A DNA stretch of 64,000 bases. Origin: Sphingomonadaceae bacterium. Its GTDB lineage: Bacteria > Pseudomonadota > Alphaproteobacteria > Sphingomonadales > Sphingomonadaceae. A program made the translations under genes and the position numbers. Positions 45,780 to 55,137 of the stretch are shown here, piece after piece. The stretch is from positions 14,647-78,646 of the forward strand of contig JAVVHE010000012.1 in NCBI GenBank assembly GCA_032249695.1, read 5' to 3'. Within the stretch, counting starts at the first letter, position 1. Each line of letters begins with the position of its first letter. The notes below the pieces were generated by a model. It ran no database searches. It saw nothing but the letters and a program-made list of their open reading frames with translations, and was not told the origin of the DNA.

Positions 45780-46472
45780 CGTGCGGCCACGGCCGAGCGC
45801 GGTGATCGCACGGCGGGCTTCGGTCAGCAATTCGGGCGCATCGGTATCGTGCGGGTGGAGCGCCAGCCGCGCCGTGCGGAACGGTTGCAGCACCGTGGTC
45901 GCGATCCGCGACCAGACCAGCGACGACCGGATGCGCCCGCGCGAGCGCGAGGCGTAGCTGATGACCGGATCGCGGCTCAGCAGCGCGCCGGACGCGGGCG
46001 ACCAGACGCTGAAATGATCTTCGGCAATCGCAAACCCCTCTGCCGCGAGCGCCGCGCGCGCGCCGGGGCTGTAGAGCCATGCGGGCGCCACGAACGCGCG
46101 CACCTTCTGACCCAGGATGTCCTCCAACAGCGCCCGCCCGTCACGCAGGCGCTGGCGCGCGGCGGCGTGCGTCAGCCCGGAAAACTCACCCTCGCCCGCC
46201 GTCATATGGCGCGCGCGCCAGCTGGCGGGCGCATCGTCGCGGTGGCTCCAGCCGTGCAGCAGCATCTCCACGCCCGCCGCTGCGCGCGCGCGCAGCCATG
46301 CCTGGAACCCCCGATCGCGGCCGATATGATGCTCGCCGTGGAACTCGGGCACGACCAGCATCGCCCACGCTGCATCGCGCCCGCACGTTTCGGCCAGCAG
46401 CGCTTCCAGCACCCCGATGCGGCGGTTGTGCGCGGGGGTGACGTCGTGGATCGAAAGGATCAGGCGGCGCAC
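45750..46472 (-). CDS. DUF2334 / polysaccharide-deacetylase-like protein
   Basis: ...RRLILSIHDVTPAH...VVPEFHGEH...LHGWSHRDD... is the DUF2334 pattern. GTG 46472 is preferred over the longest ORF start (46553), which would abut the thiolase ATG. The 3' end overlaps the GT4 gene by 30 nt. Confidence 0.75.
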   Translation of the reverse strand: MRRLILSIHDVTPAHNRRIGVLEALLAETCGRDAAWAMLVVPEFHGEHHIGRDRGFQAWLRARAAAGVEMLLHGWSHRDDAPASWRARHMTAGEGEFSGLTHAAARQRLRDGRALLEDILGQKVRAFVAPAWLYSPGARAALAAEGFAIAEDHFSVWSPASGALLSRDPVISYASRSRGRIRSSLVWSRIATTVLQPFRTARLALHPHDTDAPELLTEARRAITALGRGRTLVRYDSLVA

Positions 46473-46551
46473 GGCTCTTCCAACTAGGCGCCGCGCTGGC
46501 CTATGCGCGCGGCACGCCCCACCTAGTGCCGAAACGCCGTCCGGAGAACCC

Positions 46552-47736
46552 ATGCCTGCCGAACCGATCTATATCCTTGCAGCCAAGCGCACGCCGATGG
46601 GCGGCTTTCAGGGCGAGCTTGCGGGCCTGTCGGCGCCCGAGCTTGGGGCAGCGGCGATCCGCGCCGCGCTTGCAGAGGCTGGCGTGCCGGGCGATCGCGT
46701 CGATGGCGGGCTGATGGGCTGCGTGCTTCCGGCGGGACAGGGCCAGGCGCCGGCGCGCCAGGCGGTGCTGAAGGCAGGTCTGCCCGAGGCGGTCCCCTGC
46801 GTCACCATCAACAAGATGTGCGGATCGGGGATGAAGGCGGTGATGGATGCCACCGACCAGATCGCCGCGGGTTCGGCCGACATGCTGATCGCGGGCGGCA
46901 TGGAGAGCATGACGAACGCCCCCTACCTGCTGCCCAAGGCGCGCGGCGGCTACCGCATGGGTCACGGCGCGGTCGTCGACTCGATGTTCCTCGACGGGCT
47001 GGAGGACGCCTACGACAAGGGCCGCCTGATGGGCACCTTCGCCGAGGACACCGCGCGCGACTACCAGTTCACGCGGGGGGAGCAGGACGAGTACGCGATC
47101 CGCAGCCTGACGCGCGCGCAGGACGCGATCACCAGCGGCGCTTTCGCCACCGAGGTGACGCCGGTCGTCGTGCCGGGGCGCGGCGGAGAGACAACGGTCA
47201 GCATCGACGAGCAGCCCGGCAAGGCCAAGCGCGACAAGATCCCGACGCTGAAGCCCGCCTTCGCGAAGGACGGCACGGTGACTGCGGCCAACAGTTCGTC
47301 GATCAGCGACGGCGCTGCTGCGCTGGTGCTGGCGCGCGCTTCGGCGGCAGAGAGTCTCGGCGCCAGGCCGATCGCCCGCATCGTCGGCCACGCGACCTAC
47401 GCGGCGAAGCCCAGCCAGTTCTGCACCGCTCCCATCGGCGCGATCCAAAAGCTCTACGCCCGGACCGGCTGGAGCGCGGCCGACGTCGATCTGTTCGAGG
47501 TGAACGAGGCGTTCGCCGTCGTCGCGATGGCTGCGATCCGCGACCTGCGGCTCGATCCCGGCCAAGTCAACGTCAACGGCGGCGCCACCGCGCTGGGCCA
47601 CCCGATCGGCGCCAGCGGCGCGCGCATTCTTGTGACGCTGCTCCACTCGCTGAAGGCGCGCGGCGGCAAACGCGGCATTGCCAGCCTCTGCATCGGCGGG
47701 GGCGAGGCAACCGCGGTCGCGGTGGAGCTGGTTTGA
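46552..47736 (+). CDS. Acetyl-CoA C-acetyltransferase (thiolase II)
   Basis: Internal ATG giving [21 protein letters not shown]..., with ...[11 protein letters not shown]... (active-site Cys) and ...[20 protein letters not shown].... Confidence 0.9.
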   Translation: MPAEPIYILAAKRTPMGGFQGELAGLSAPELGAAAIRAALAEAGVPGDRVDGGLMGCVLPAGQGQAPARQAVLKAGLPEAVPCVTINKMCGSGMKAVMDATDQIAAGSADMLIAGGMESMTNAPYLLPKARGGYRMGHGAVVDSMFLDGLEDAYDKGRLMGTFAEDTARDYQFTRGEQDEYAIRSLTRAQDAITSGAFATEVTPVVVPGRGGETTVSIDEQPGKAKRDKIPTLKPAFAKDGTVTAANSSSISDGAAALVLARASAAESLGARPIARIVGHATYAAKPSQFCTAPIGAIQKLYARTGWSAADVDLFEVNEAFAVVAMAAIRDLRLDPGQVNVNGGATALGHPIGASGARILVTLLHSLKARGGKRGIASLCIGGGEATAVAVELV

Positions 47737-48695
47737 GGATCGCGCGCGCGCTCGCTGCGGCGGCGGCGCTGGCGCTGCTCGCGGCAGCCCGCCCGCTGCC
47801 CGAAACGGCAGCGGGGCTGACCGCGCGGCCCGTCCCGCTCGATCCGCAGGACCCTGCGCGCGACCGCGTCGGCCGTCTGCGCTATGTCGGCGGCATCGCG
47901 CTCGCATCGAGTGACCGCCGCTTCGGTGGGCTGTCGGGAATGCGCTTCCTGCCCGATGGCCGCCTGCTGGCAATCAGCGACAGCGGCGACTGGTTGACGC
48001 TGGCGCTCGACGAGCCCGGCGGGCGGCTGACGGGAGCGCACGGGCTCAGCATCCGCCATATGGAGGGGATCGACGGCGCGCCGCTGCTGGGCAAGACGAT
48101 GTCCGATGCGGAGGCGCTGGAGATCGAGCCCGACGGCACGCGGCTGGTGGCGTTCGAGCGGCGGCACCGGGTTTTGGCCTACCCAGCGGACGGCGGCGCG
48201 CCCAATCTGGTGCCGTTCCCCGATCCGGCATGGCTCGCCAGCCTGCCGGTGAATGGGGGGCTGGAAGCAATGGCGCGGGTGGGAGGCTTGCGCGTCTTCC
48301 TGTCCGAAGACACCGGCGCGGACGGCGTCAACGCGGTGCTGTGGCCCGTCGGCCGCTCCACCGGCTATGGCCGGACGATCTACCAGGCGCCCTTGGGCTA
48401 CAAGCCGACCGACGCAATTGCGCTCGACGACCGGACGATGCTTGTCCTCAACCGGCGGTTCACGATCAGCGACGGCATGTCGGCGGTGCTGACGCGCGTG
48501 GCGGTCGATCCGATGCGGATGACGCTCAGCAAGCCCGAGACGGTGGCCGAGCTCGTGCCGCCGGTCAGCGTCGACAATATGGAAGCGATCACGCTGAAGC
48601 GCGAAGGCGGGCGCGTGTTCGTCTATCTGGCGAGCGACGACAATTTCTCGCCACTCCAGCGCACGCTGCTGCTGAAGTTCGAACTGCTGCCCTGA
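47733..48695 (+). CDS. Secreted phytase-like esterase family protein
   Basis: TTG 47733 overlaps the thiolase stop (TTGA). The signal peptide is [18 protein letters not shown], followed by ...[22 protein letters not shown]...DAEALEI...NMEAITL..., typical of the 'esterase-like activity of phytase' family. Confidence 0.7.
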   Translation: MRIARALAAAAALALLAAARPLPETAAGLTARPVPLDPQDPARDRVGRLRYVGGIALASSDRRFGGLSGMRFLPDGRLLAISDSGDWLTLALDEPGGRLTGAHGLSIRHMEGIDGAPLLGKTMSDAEALEIEPDGTRLVAFERRHRVLAYPADGGAPNLVPFPDPAWLASLPVNGGLEAMARVGGLRVFLSEDTGADGVNAVLWPVGRSTGYGRTIYQAPLGYKPTDAIALDDRTMLVLNRRFTISDGMSAVLTRVAVDPMRMTLSKPETVAELVPPVSVDNMEAITLKREGGRVFVYLASDDNFSPLQRTLLLKFELLP

Positions 48696-49049
48696 GCGCC
48701 TGATGCGCGGGCAGAGGCGCGCGTCGAATATCGTCTGCGCGGACAGGACGCGCCACGCGCCCCTGTGCTGAGAAAGACCGAGGATAAGCCGCGCTTCGGT
48801 CGCTCCGTCCGGGGCGGTCCGGATGGCGGGCGGCGCCGCCGTCACGCCCGTCGCACGGAAATCGGCGATCACGGGCAGGGTGCGATCGCCAAGCGCCGGC
48901 GCAGAGAAGAAGCAAGTCTCCGCGACAAAGCCCTCAAAGATCGTCGCCCGGACGCGCGCGTGGCGGGCCCGGTGACCGTCCCGATCGAAGCGACGGCCAA
49001 GCTCGTCCACGAACGTGCTGTCCGGCCCGACGCCAAGCGCGCCGAGCAT
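48696..49049 (-). pseudogene. Orphan coding-like segment downstream of rpmB with no stop of its own
   Basis: The first ~118 codons of track ORF 47454..49049 ([21 protein letters not shown]...[25 protein letters not shown]) show coding-type periodicity by hand count (GC3 about 82%, GC2 about 50%). The frame then continues antisense through the phytase-like gene. Confidence 0.3.
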
Positions 49050-49125
49050 TGGGGTCGGTCCGCTGCCAGGCGCGGGTCGGCGCGTCCAAGACAGCGGCAG
49101 CGATCTGCGCGCCGTCTGTCAGGTT

Positions 49126-49425
49126 TCAGGCCGCTGCGGCCGCCGGCGCCTGCTTCTTCTCGATCTCGCGCTTCAGGCGGCGCGCCTTCAGCGACAGCTT
49201 GGTGTCCGCGGTCTTCAGCAGCCACGCGTCAAGCCCGCCGACATGCTCCACCGAGCGCAGGCCGTTCGTGCTGACGCGCAGCCGCACCGCGCGGCCAAGC
49301 GAATCCGAAAGCAGCGTCACATTCTGCAAATTGGGCAGGAAGGTGCGCTTGGTCTTGTTGTTGGCGTGGGACACATTGTGGCCAACCTGACGGCCCTTGC
49401 CGGTCAGTTCGCAAATCCGGGACAT
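49126..49425 (-). CDS. rpmB: 50S ribosomal protein L28
   Basis: Internal ATG giving [34 protein letters not shown]..., the canonical L28 sequence. Confidence 0.95.
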   Translation of the reverse strand: MSRICELTGKGRQVGHNVSHANNKTKRTFLPNLQNVTLLSDSLGRAVRLRVSTNGLRSVEHVGGLDAWLLKTADTKLSLKARRLKREIEKKQAPAAAAA

Positions 49426-49713
49426 CGTTCTGATCCAAAGCTGTTCGGGCGCACGAGGGTCTGCCCCGGGCGCGGGCGGTCGCAAGCCGCAGCGCATAGC
49501 CGCAACGGCGCATGACGGTCAACGGCTGCGGAAGATCATCAAGCCGCGCCGCGACCTCCGCGGCGAGCGCCGCTGCCAAGCGCTCCCGCGTCGCAGCGCG
49601 CAGGGGCGCGGGCGCCGCACGGGGCGTCCTTCGGCCGGGCCAGGCAGGAAACCCGGCCGCCGCTCAAGCGTAACACCAGCGTCAGTGCTGATCGGTTCAA
49701 GGAGTCCGCGTTC

Positions 49714-49968
49714 ATGCTGCGACATCTGGTAATCGCCGCTGCCGGCCTGTTGGCGGTCGGCACCATGGAAGCGCAGGCCGCACCGCCGCCCTGGGCGCCC
49801 GCCTACGGCTACCGCGCGCACGAAGCGCGCCGCGAATGGCGCGCCGAGCGCCGGTTCGAGCGCCGCCTGGCGCGCCGCGAGGCCCGCCGCGACTGGCGCG
49901 CCCGCCGCGCCTACGCCTACCGAGCGCGCTGCCACATCAACCGTTTCGGCGTCCGCATCTGCCGTTAG
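49714..49968 (+). CDS. Small secreted Arg-rich protein (84 aa)
   Basis: AGGAG precedes the ATG. The signal peptide is MLRHLVIAAAGLLAVGTMEAQA-AP. GC3 is high, and the C-terminus has two Cys residues. Confidence 0.65.
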   Translation: MLRHLVIAAAGLLAVGTMEAQAAPPPWAPAYGYRAHEARREWRAERRFERRLARREARRDWRARRAYAYRARCHINRFGVRICR

Positions 49969-50014
49969 CCCAGCCCTTCCGCGCGACAGGCTGGCAAGGT
50001 AAGGAGGCCGAGCA

Positions 50015-50440
50015 ATGCCCGGCCGGATCGATCTTGAAACCCTGAGTGCCGATAAGGGCGTGCGGATCACCGAGCAGCGGCGGGTGATCGCTCGCGTCAT
50101 CTCCGATTCGAGCGATCATCCGGATGTCGAGGAACTGCATCGCCGCGCGGTCGCGCTCGATCCTCGCATCTCGATTGCGACGGTCTACCGGACCGTGAAG
50201 CTGTTCGAGGATGAGGGCATCCTTGAGCGGCGCGAGTTCAAGGGCGGCCGCACGCGCTATGAGCCGACGACTGAGGAGCATCACGACCACCTGATCGATA
50301 TCGAGAGCGGCCAGGTGATCGAGTTCAACGATGATGCGCTTGAGGAACTGCAGCGCGTCATCGCCGAGCGGCTGGGCTACCGGCTCGTAGACCACCGGAT
50401 GGAGCTTTACGGGGTGCCGCTGAAGCGCGAGGGCACGTGA
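50015..50440 (+). CDS. Fur-family transcriptional regulator (Cys-less, Fur/Irr-like)
   Basis: ...RITEQRRVIARVI...ISIATVYRTVKLFEDEGIL...EEHHDHLIDIESGQVIEF.... AAGGAGG precedes the ATG. Confidence 0.8.
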   Translation: MPGRIDLETLSADKGVRITEQRRVIARVISDSSDHPDVEELHRRAVALDPRISIATVYRTVKLFEDEGILERREFKGGRTRYEPTTEEHHDHLIDIESGQVIEFNDDALEELQRVIAERLGYRLVDHRMELYGVPLKREGT

Positions 50441-51312
50441 AACCGCCCAAGCTCCGGCTGCGCCTCGGTTCGCGCAAGCGGCGGCTCGGACTGAAGCCCG
50501 TCCGCCCGCCGCGCAAGAAGCGCTGGGCGGTTGCGCGCAAGCTCGGCGCGATCAGCGCAGCGGGCGCGTTCATCATCCCGGCGCAGGCGATGGTGAAGGG
50601 TGTTGCGCCCAAATCGCGCTCGCGACTGCCGATTCTGTTCCACCGGCTGACCTGCCAGTCGCTCGGCATCAAGGTGCGGCTGCATGGGACACCGCTGCCG
50701 CGCGGCGCGGTTCTGTTCGTGTCGAACCACCTCAGCTGGAGCGACATTCCCGTGCTCGGCTCGAAGCTGGCGGCGAGCTTCGTGTCGAAGGCCGAGGTCG
50801 GCGGCTGGGGCATTCTCGGCTATCTTAGCCGCCTCGACGATACGATCTACGTCGAGCGCCAGCGCCGTCAGGCGGCCGGCGAGCAGCGCGACGCCATATC
50901 CAACCGGCTTGCTGCCGGCGGGCGCGTGATCCTGTTTCCGGAAGGCACCAATTCGGACGGCACGCGCGTGCTGCCGTTCAAGTCGTCGCTGTTCTCGGTG
51001 CTCGAGGGGCCGGGTTCGGAGGACTTCCTCGTCCAGCCCGTCAGCCTCGCCTACACGCGCGTGAACGGGGTGCCCGTCACGCGCGCGATGCTGCCGCAGC
51101 TGGCGTGGGTGGGCGAGGTTGAGCTCAGCCCGCACATCGCCGATTTCATGCGGCTCGGCGCGATCACCGCCGAGATCCTGGTTCACCCGCCGCTGCGCCG
51201 ATCGGACTTCCCCAGCCGCAAGGAACTGGCGCGCGTCGCGCAGGAGATCGTCGCCAACGGCTATGCCCAACTGATGCGCGGCGACTATGGGGACGCGGCG
51301 CGCGCGGCCTAG
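50437..51312 (+). CDS. plsC: 1-acyl-sn-glycerol-3-phosphate (lysophospholipid) acyltransferase
   Basis: GTGA overlap with the Fur-like gene. It carries the HX4D motif (VSNHLSWSDIPVL) and FPEGTNSDG. Confidence 0.8.
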   Translation: MKPPKLRLRLGSRKRRLGLKPVRPPRKKRWAVARKLGAISAAGAFIIPAQAMVKGVAPKSRSRLPILFHRLTCQSLGIKVRLHGTPLPRGAVLFVSNHLSWSDIPVLGSKLAASFVSKAEVGGWGILGYLSRLDDTIYVERQRRQAAGEQRDAISNRLAAGGRVILFPEGTNSDGTRVLPFKSSLFSVLEGPGSEDFLVQPVSLAYTRVNGVPVTRAMLPQLAWVGEVELSPHIADFMRLGAITAEILVHPPLRRSDFPSRKELARVAQEIVANGYAQLMRGDYGDAARAA

Positions 51313-51444
51313 CGGCGCGGCGGTCAGCCGCTAGCGTCGTTCGCCGGCGGCGGCACGCTCGCTGGCGGGGCCGAGCGCGGCCTGCTAGCGCGCGCTGAGG
51401 ATGCCGGGCTTTGGCTTCGTCGGCCCGCGCGCTATCTGCGCCCG

Positions 51445-52782
51445 GTGCACGCTCCACCTCGCAGCTTTTCCGTCCGCAGCTTCGGCTGCCAGATGAACGT
51501 CTATGACGGCGAGCGCATGGCCGAGGCGTTGAGCGCCGCGGGGCTGACCGCCGACGACGCCGCGCCCGACCTCGTCGTGCTCAACACCTGCCATATCCGC
51601 GAGAAAGCGACCGAGAAGGTCTATTCCGAGATCGGCCGCCTGAAGAAGGCGGGCGTGGCCCACGTCGCGGTCGCCGGCTGCGTCGCGCAGGCCGAGGGCG
51701 CCGAGGTGCTGCGGCGCGCGCCCGTCGACCTGGTGGTCGGCCCGCAGGCCTACCACCGGCTGCCCGCGATGGTCGCGCGGCTGGGCGAGCGGCCGGTCGA
51801 TCTTGATATGCCGACGGTGCCGAAATTCGCCGCGCTGCCCAAGCGCCGGTCGAGCGCGCCGACGGCGTTCCTGACCGTGATGGAAGGCTGCGACAAGTTC
51901 TGCACCTATTGCGTTGTCCCCTACACGCGGGGAGCGGAGGTCAGCCGTCCGTTCGCGCAGGTGATCGACGAGGCGCGCCAGCTGATCGATCGTGGCGCGA
52001 AGGAAATCACGCTTCTCGGCCAGAATGTGAACGCCTGGGCGGGGGAGGACGAGAGCGGCCGTGCAGCCGGCCTCGACAGCCTGATCCGCGCGCTCGACCG
52101 GCTGCCGGGCTTGCACCGCATCCGCTACACCACCAGCCACCCGAACGACATGAGCGACGGGCTGATCCGCGCGCATGCCGAGGTGGACAAGCTGATGCCC
52201 TATCTGCACCTGCCCGTGCAGGCGGGCAGCGACCGCGTGCTCCACGCGATGAACCGCCGCCACACGCGCGACGGCTATCTGCGCCTGCTGGAGCGCGTCC
52301 GCGCCGCGCGGCCCGACATTGCGCTCTCCGGCGACTTCATCGTCGGCTTCCCCGGCGAAACCGAGGCCGAGTTCGCCGAGACGCTGAGCATCGTCGACGA
52401 GGTCCGTTACGCGCACGCCTTCAGCTTCAAATATTCGCCGCGACCCGGCACGCCGGCCGCGACGATGGACGAGCAGGTCGCGCCCGAGATTGCGGACGAG
52501 CGCCTGCAGTGTTTGCAGGAGCGGCTGAGTCGCTGGCAGGCCGCGTTCAACGCAGCGACGCTCGGCCGTCGCTGCGAGGTGTTGCTTGAGCGCGCTGGCC
52601 GGCGCCCCGGCCAGCTCGTCGGCAAAACACCCTGGCTCCAGTCGGCGCACCTGACGACGGACGCGCGGATCGGTGAGATCGTCACCGTCGACATCGTGCA
52701 GGCCGGGCCGAACAGCGTAGGGGTGGCGGAGGTCTGCCAAGCGTCCGCGAGCGGCCCGGTCAGACGCCACGCTGTCCGCTGA
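51445..52782 (+). CDS. miaB: tRNA-2-methylthio-N6-dimethylallyladenosine synthase
   Basis: ...[13 protein letters not shown]... (UPF0004), a radical-SAM [15 protein letters not shown] motif and a TRAM C-terminus. Confidence 0.9.
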   Translation: MHAPPRSFSVRSFGCQMNVYDGERMAEALSAAGLTADDAAPDLVVLNTCHIREKATEKVYSEIGRLKKAGVAHVAVAGCVAQAEGAEVLRRAPVDLVVGPQAYHRLPAMVARLGERPVDLDMPTVPKFAALPKRRSSAPTAFLTVMEGCDKFCTYCVVPYTRGAEVSRPFAQVIDEARQLIDRGAKEITLLGQNVNAWAGEDESGRAAGLDSLIRALDRLPGLHRIRYTTSHPNDMSDGLIRAHAEVDKLMPYLHLPVQAGSDRVLHAMNRRHTRDGYLRLLERVRAARPDIALSGDFIVGFPGETEAEFAETLSIVDEVRYAHAFSFKYSPRPGTPAATMDEQVAPEIADERLQCLQERLSRWQAAFNAATLGRRCEVLLERAGRRPGQLVGKTPWLQSAHLTTDARIGEIVTVDIVQAGPNSVGVAEVCQASASGPVRRHAVR

Positions 52783-52815
52783 AGGCGCTGCGGCCAACCA
52801 TCGGCCGTGCGCCCG

Positions 52816-53670
52816 CTACACGTCCGCGCTCCGGATTGCGCTCCACGCCTCCGCTGCGGTTTCAACCCACTCAATCAGCTTCAGGTCCCAAGCGCTGATC
52901 ACGCCCTCCTCGACGAGCGCGTCCCAGCCGACGACGCGTTCCCAGTACTCCCGGCCGAACAGCAGCACCGGAATGGGCTTCATCTTGCCGGTCTGGATGA
53001 GCGTCAGCAGCTCAAACATCTCGTCGAACGTGCCGAACCCGCCCGGGAACACCGCCACCGCGCGCGCGCGCAGCAAGAAGTGCATCTTCCTCAGCGCGAA
53101 ATAGTGGAACTGGAAGCTCAGCTCGGGAGTGATGTATTCGTTCGGGCGCTGCTCGTGCGGCAGCACGATGTTGAGGCCGATCGACGGCGCGCCAACGTCG
53201 CTCGCGCCGCGATTGGCTGCCTCCATGATCGATGGGCCGCCGCCCGAGCAGACGACATAATGCTCGCCTTTGCCTTCAAGGCTCGCAAGCCGCGCCAACT
53301 CGCGCGCCTCCGCATAATAGCGAGACTTGGCTGCCAGACGTTCGGCGACCGCCCGGCCGGGGCCCTCGGTTGCATTGACGATCCCCGCTGCTGCTTCGGG
53401 CGGCGGGATGCGAGCCGAGCCGTAGAACACCAGCGTCGAGTGCACGCCGGCTTCGGCGAGCATCAGCTCGGGCTTCAGCAGCTCCAGCTGGAAGCGCACC
53501 GGGCGCAAATCCTCGCGCAGTAGGAAATCGAGGTCCTGGAACGCCAGGCGATAGGCGCTGCTGGCGGTCTGCGGGCTTGGCTGCGGCCCGCCGTGGCGGG
53601 ATGCAGCCGCGGCGTCCTCGCGCGCGGGTGGAAAGGGCCGCTCGCGCCGGACCGGGGTTGCGTCGTTCAT
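52816..53670 (-). CDS. LOG family / TIGR00730 nucleotide 5'-monophosphate nucleosidase-like protein
   Basis: ...CSGGGPSIMEAANRGA... and ...FPGGFGTFDEMFELLTLIQTGK.... The internal ATG at 53670 is preferred. Confidence 0.8.
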   Translation of the reverse strand: MNDATPVRRERPFPPAREDAAAASRHGGPQPSPQTASSAYRLAFQDLDFLLREDLRPVRFQLELLKPELMLAEAGVHSTLVFYGSARIPPPEAAAGIVNATEGPGRAVAERLAAKSRYYAEARELARLASLEGKGEHYVVCSGGGPSIMEAANRGASDVGAPSIGLNIVLPHEQRPNEYITPELSFQFHYFALRKMHFLLRARAVAVFPGGFGTFDEMFELLTLIQTGKMKPIPVLLFGREYWERVVGWDALVEEGVISAWDLKLIEWVETAAEAWSAIRSADV

Positions 53671-53768
53671 TGGCTTGCGCCTAGCACAACCACGCGGCCC
53701 CGCCGCAATCCCGCCGGAGTTGCGCGCCACGGGAACCGTTGCGGTCCCACATTCGCTGACAGGATCCC

Positions 53769-55073
53769 ATGAGACTGACGATGATCGGCACCGGCTATGT
53801 CGGCCTGGTGTCTGGCGCCTGCTTTTCGGAGTTCGGCCACCATGTGACGTGCGTCGATGCCAACCCGGCGGTGGTCGACCGGCTGCGGCGCGGCGAGATT
53901 CCGATCTACGAGCCCGGGCTCGACGATGTCGTCGCGCGCAACGCTGCGGCGGGGCGGCTGACGTTTACCGGGAGCGTCGCCGAGGGCGTGCCCGGAGCCG
54001 ACGCGATCTTCATCGCGGTCGGCACGCCGTCGCGCCGCGGCGACGGCCATGCCGATCTGACCTATGTCTACGAAGCCGCGCGGCAGGTTGCCGAGGCGGT
54101 GACCGCGCCGGCCGTCATCGTCAACAAATCGACCGTCCCCGTCGGCACGGCGACTGCGGTAGAGCGGATCGCGCGCGAGGCGGGGCCGGGCAAGGACATC
54201 CATGTCGCGTCCAACCCCGAATTCCTGCGCGAGGGTTCAGCGATCGAGGATTTCATGCGCCCCGACCGCGTGGTCTGCGGCGTCAACAGCGAACACGCCC
54301 GCGCCGTCCTCCAGGCGATCTACCGCCCGCTCTATCTGCGCGAGACGCCGATTGTCTTTACCGGCCGCGAAACCGCCGAACTGATCAAATACGCCGCGAA
54401 TGGCTTCCTCGCGATGAAGATCAGTTTCATCAACGAAATCGCGAACCTGTGCGAGGCGGTCGGTGCCGACGTGCAGCAGGTGGCGAAGGGCATCGGGCTT
54501 GATCGGCGCATCGGCGACAAGTTCCTGCACCCCGGCCCCGGCTACGGCGGCAGCTGCTTCCCCAAGGACACGCTGGCGCTGCTGCGCATCAGCGAGGAAG
54601 CCGGCCGACCGATCCAGCTGATCGACACGACCATCCGCGTCAACGATCAGCGCAAGGCCGAGATGGCGCGGCGGGTGATCGAGGCGTGCGGCGGATCGGT
54701 CGAGGGCAAGACGGTCGCGGTGCTGGGGCTGACGTTCAAGCCCAACACCGACGACATGCGCGAATCGCCCTCGCTGGCGATCGTGCCCGCGCTGCAGGCG
54801 GCGGGTGCGCGCGTGGTGGCGTTCGATCCGGTCGGCCGCGCGCAGGCCGAGCCGCTGCTGCCCGAGACCGAGTTCGCCACGTCCGCTTATGCAGCGGCGG
54901 ACGGTGCGCATGCATGCGTCTTGCTGACCGAATGGAACGAGTTCCGCGCGCTCGACCTTGTCCGCATGCGCGGGCTGATGCGCGAGCCGGTGTTCGTCGA
55001 TCTACGCAATGTCTACCGCCCCGCCGACATGATCGAAGCGGGCTTCCGCTACAGCTCGATCGGGCGGCGGTAA
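53769..55073 (+). CDS. ugd: UDP-glucose 6-dehydrogenase
   Basis: MRLTMIGTGYVGLVSGACFSEFGH... and ...GYGGSCFPKD... (catalytic Cys). Confidence 0.9.
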   Translation: MRLTMIGTGYVGLVSGACFSEFGHHVTCVDANPAVVDRLRRGEIPIYEPGLDDVVARNAAAGRLTFTGSVAEGVPGADAIFIAVGTPSRRGDGHADLTYVYEAARQVAEAVTAPAVIVNKSTVPVGTATAVERIAREAGPGKDIHVASNPEFLREGSAIEDFMRPDRVVCGVNSEHARAVLQAIYRPLYLRETPIVFTGRETAELIKYAANGFLAMKISFINEIANLCEAVGADVQQVAKGIGLDRRIGDKFLHPGPGYGGSCFPKDTLALLRISEEAGRPIQLIDTTIRVNDQRKAEMARRVIEACGGSVEGKTVAVLGLTFKPNTDDMRESPSLAIVPALQAAGARVVAFDPVGRAQAEPLLPETEFATSAYAAADGAHACVLLTEWNEFRALDLVRMRGLMREPVFVDLRNVYRPADMIEAGFRYSSIGRR

Positions 55074-55137
55074 TGTTCAAGCGAGCGTAATCGCATCGTG
55101 CTCCGAACGAGTTCGTAAAAGAGCTTGCGTTCCGCAG

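Noticed and set aside
46473-46553. Longest-ORF start (46553) for the DUF2334 gene
   Set aside because: It would place the start codon directly against the divergent thiolase ATG (46552) and leave no promoter space. The family-conserved region begins just after the internal GTG at 46472, which has a GGAAGAG purine tract upstream.
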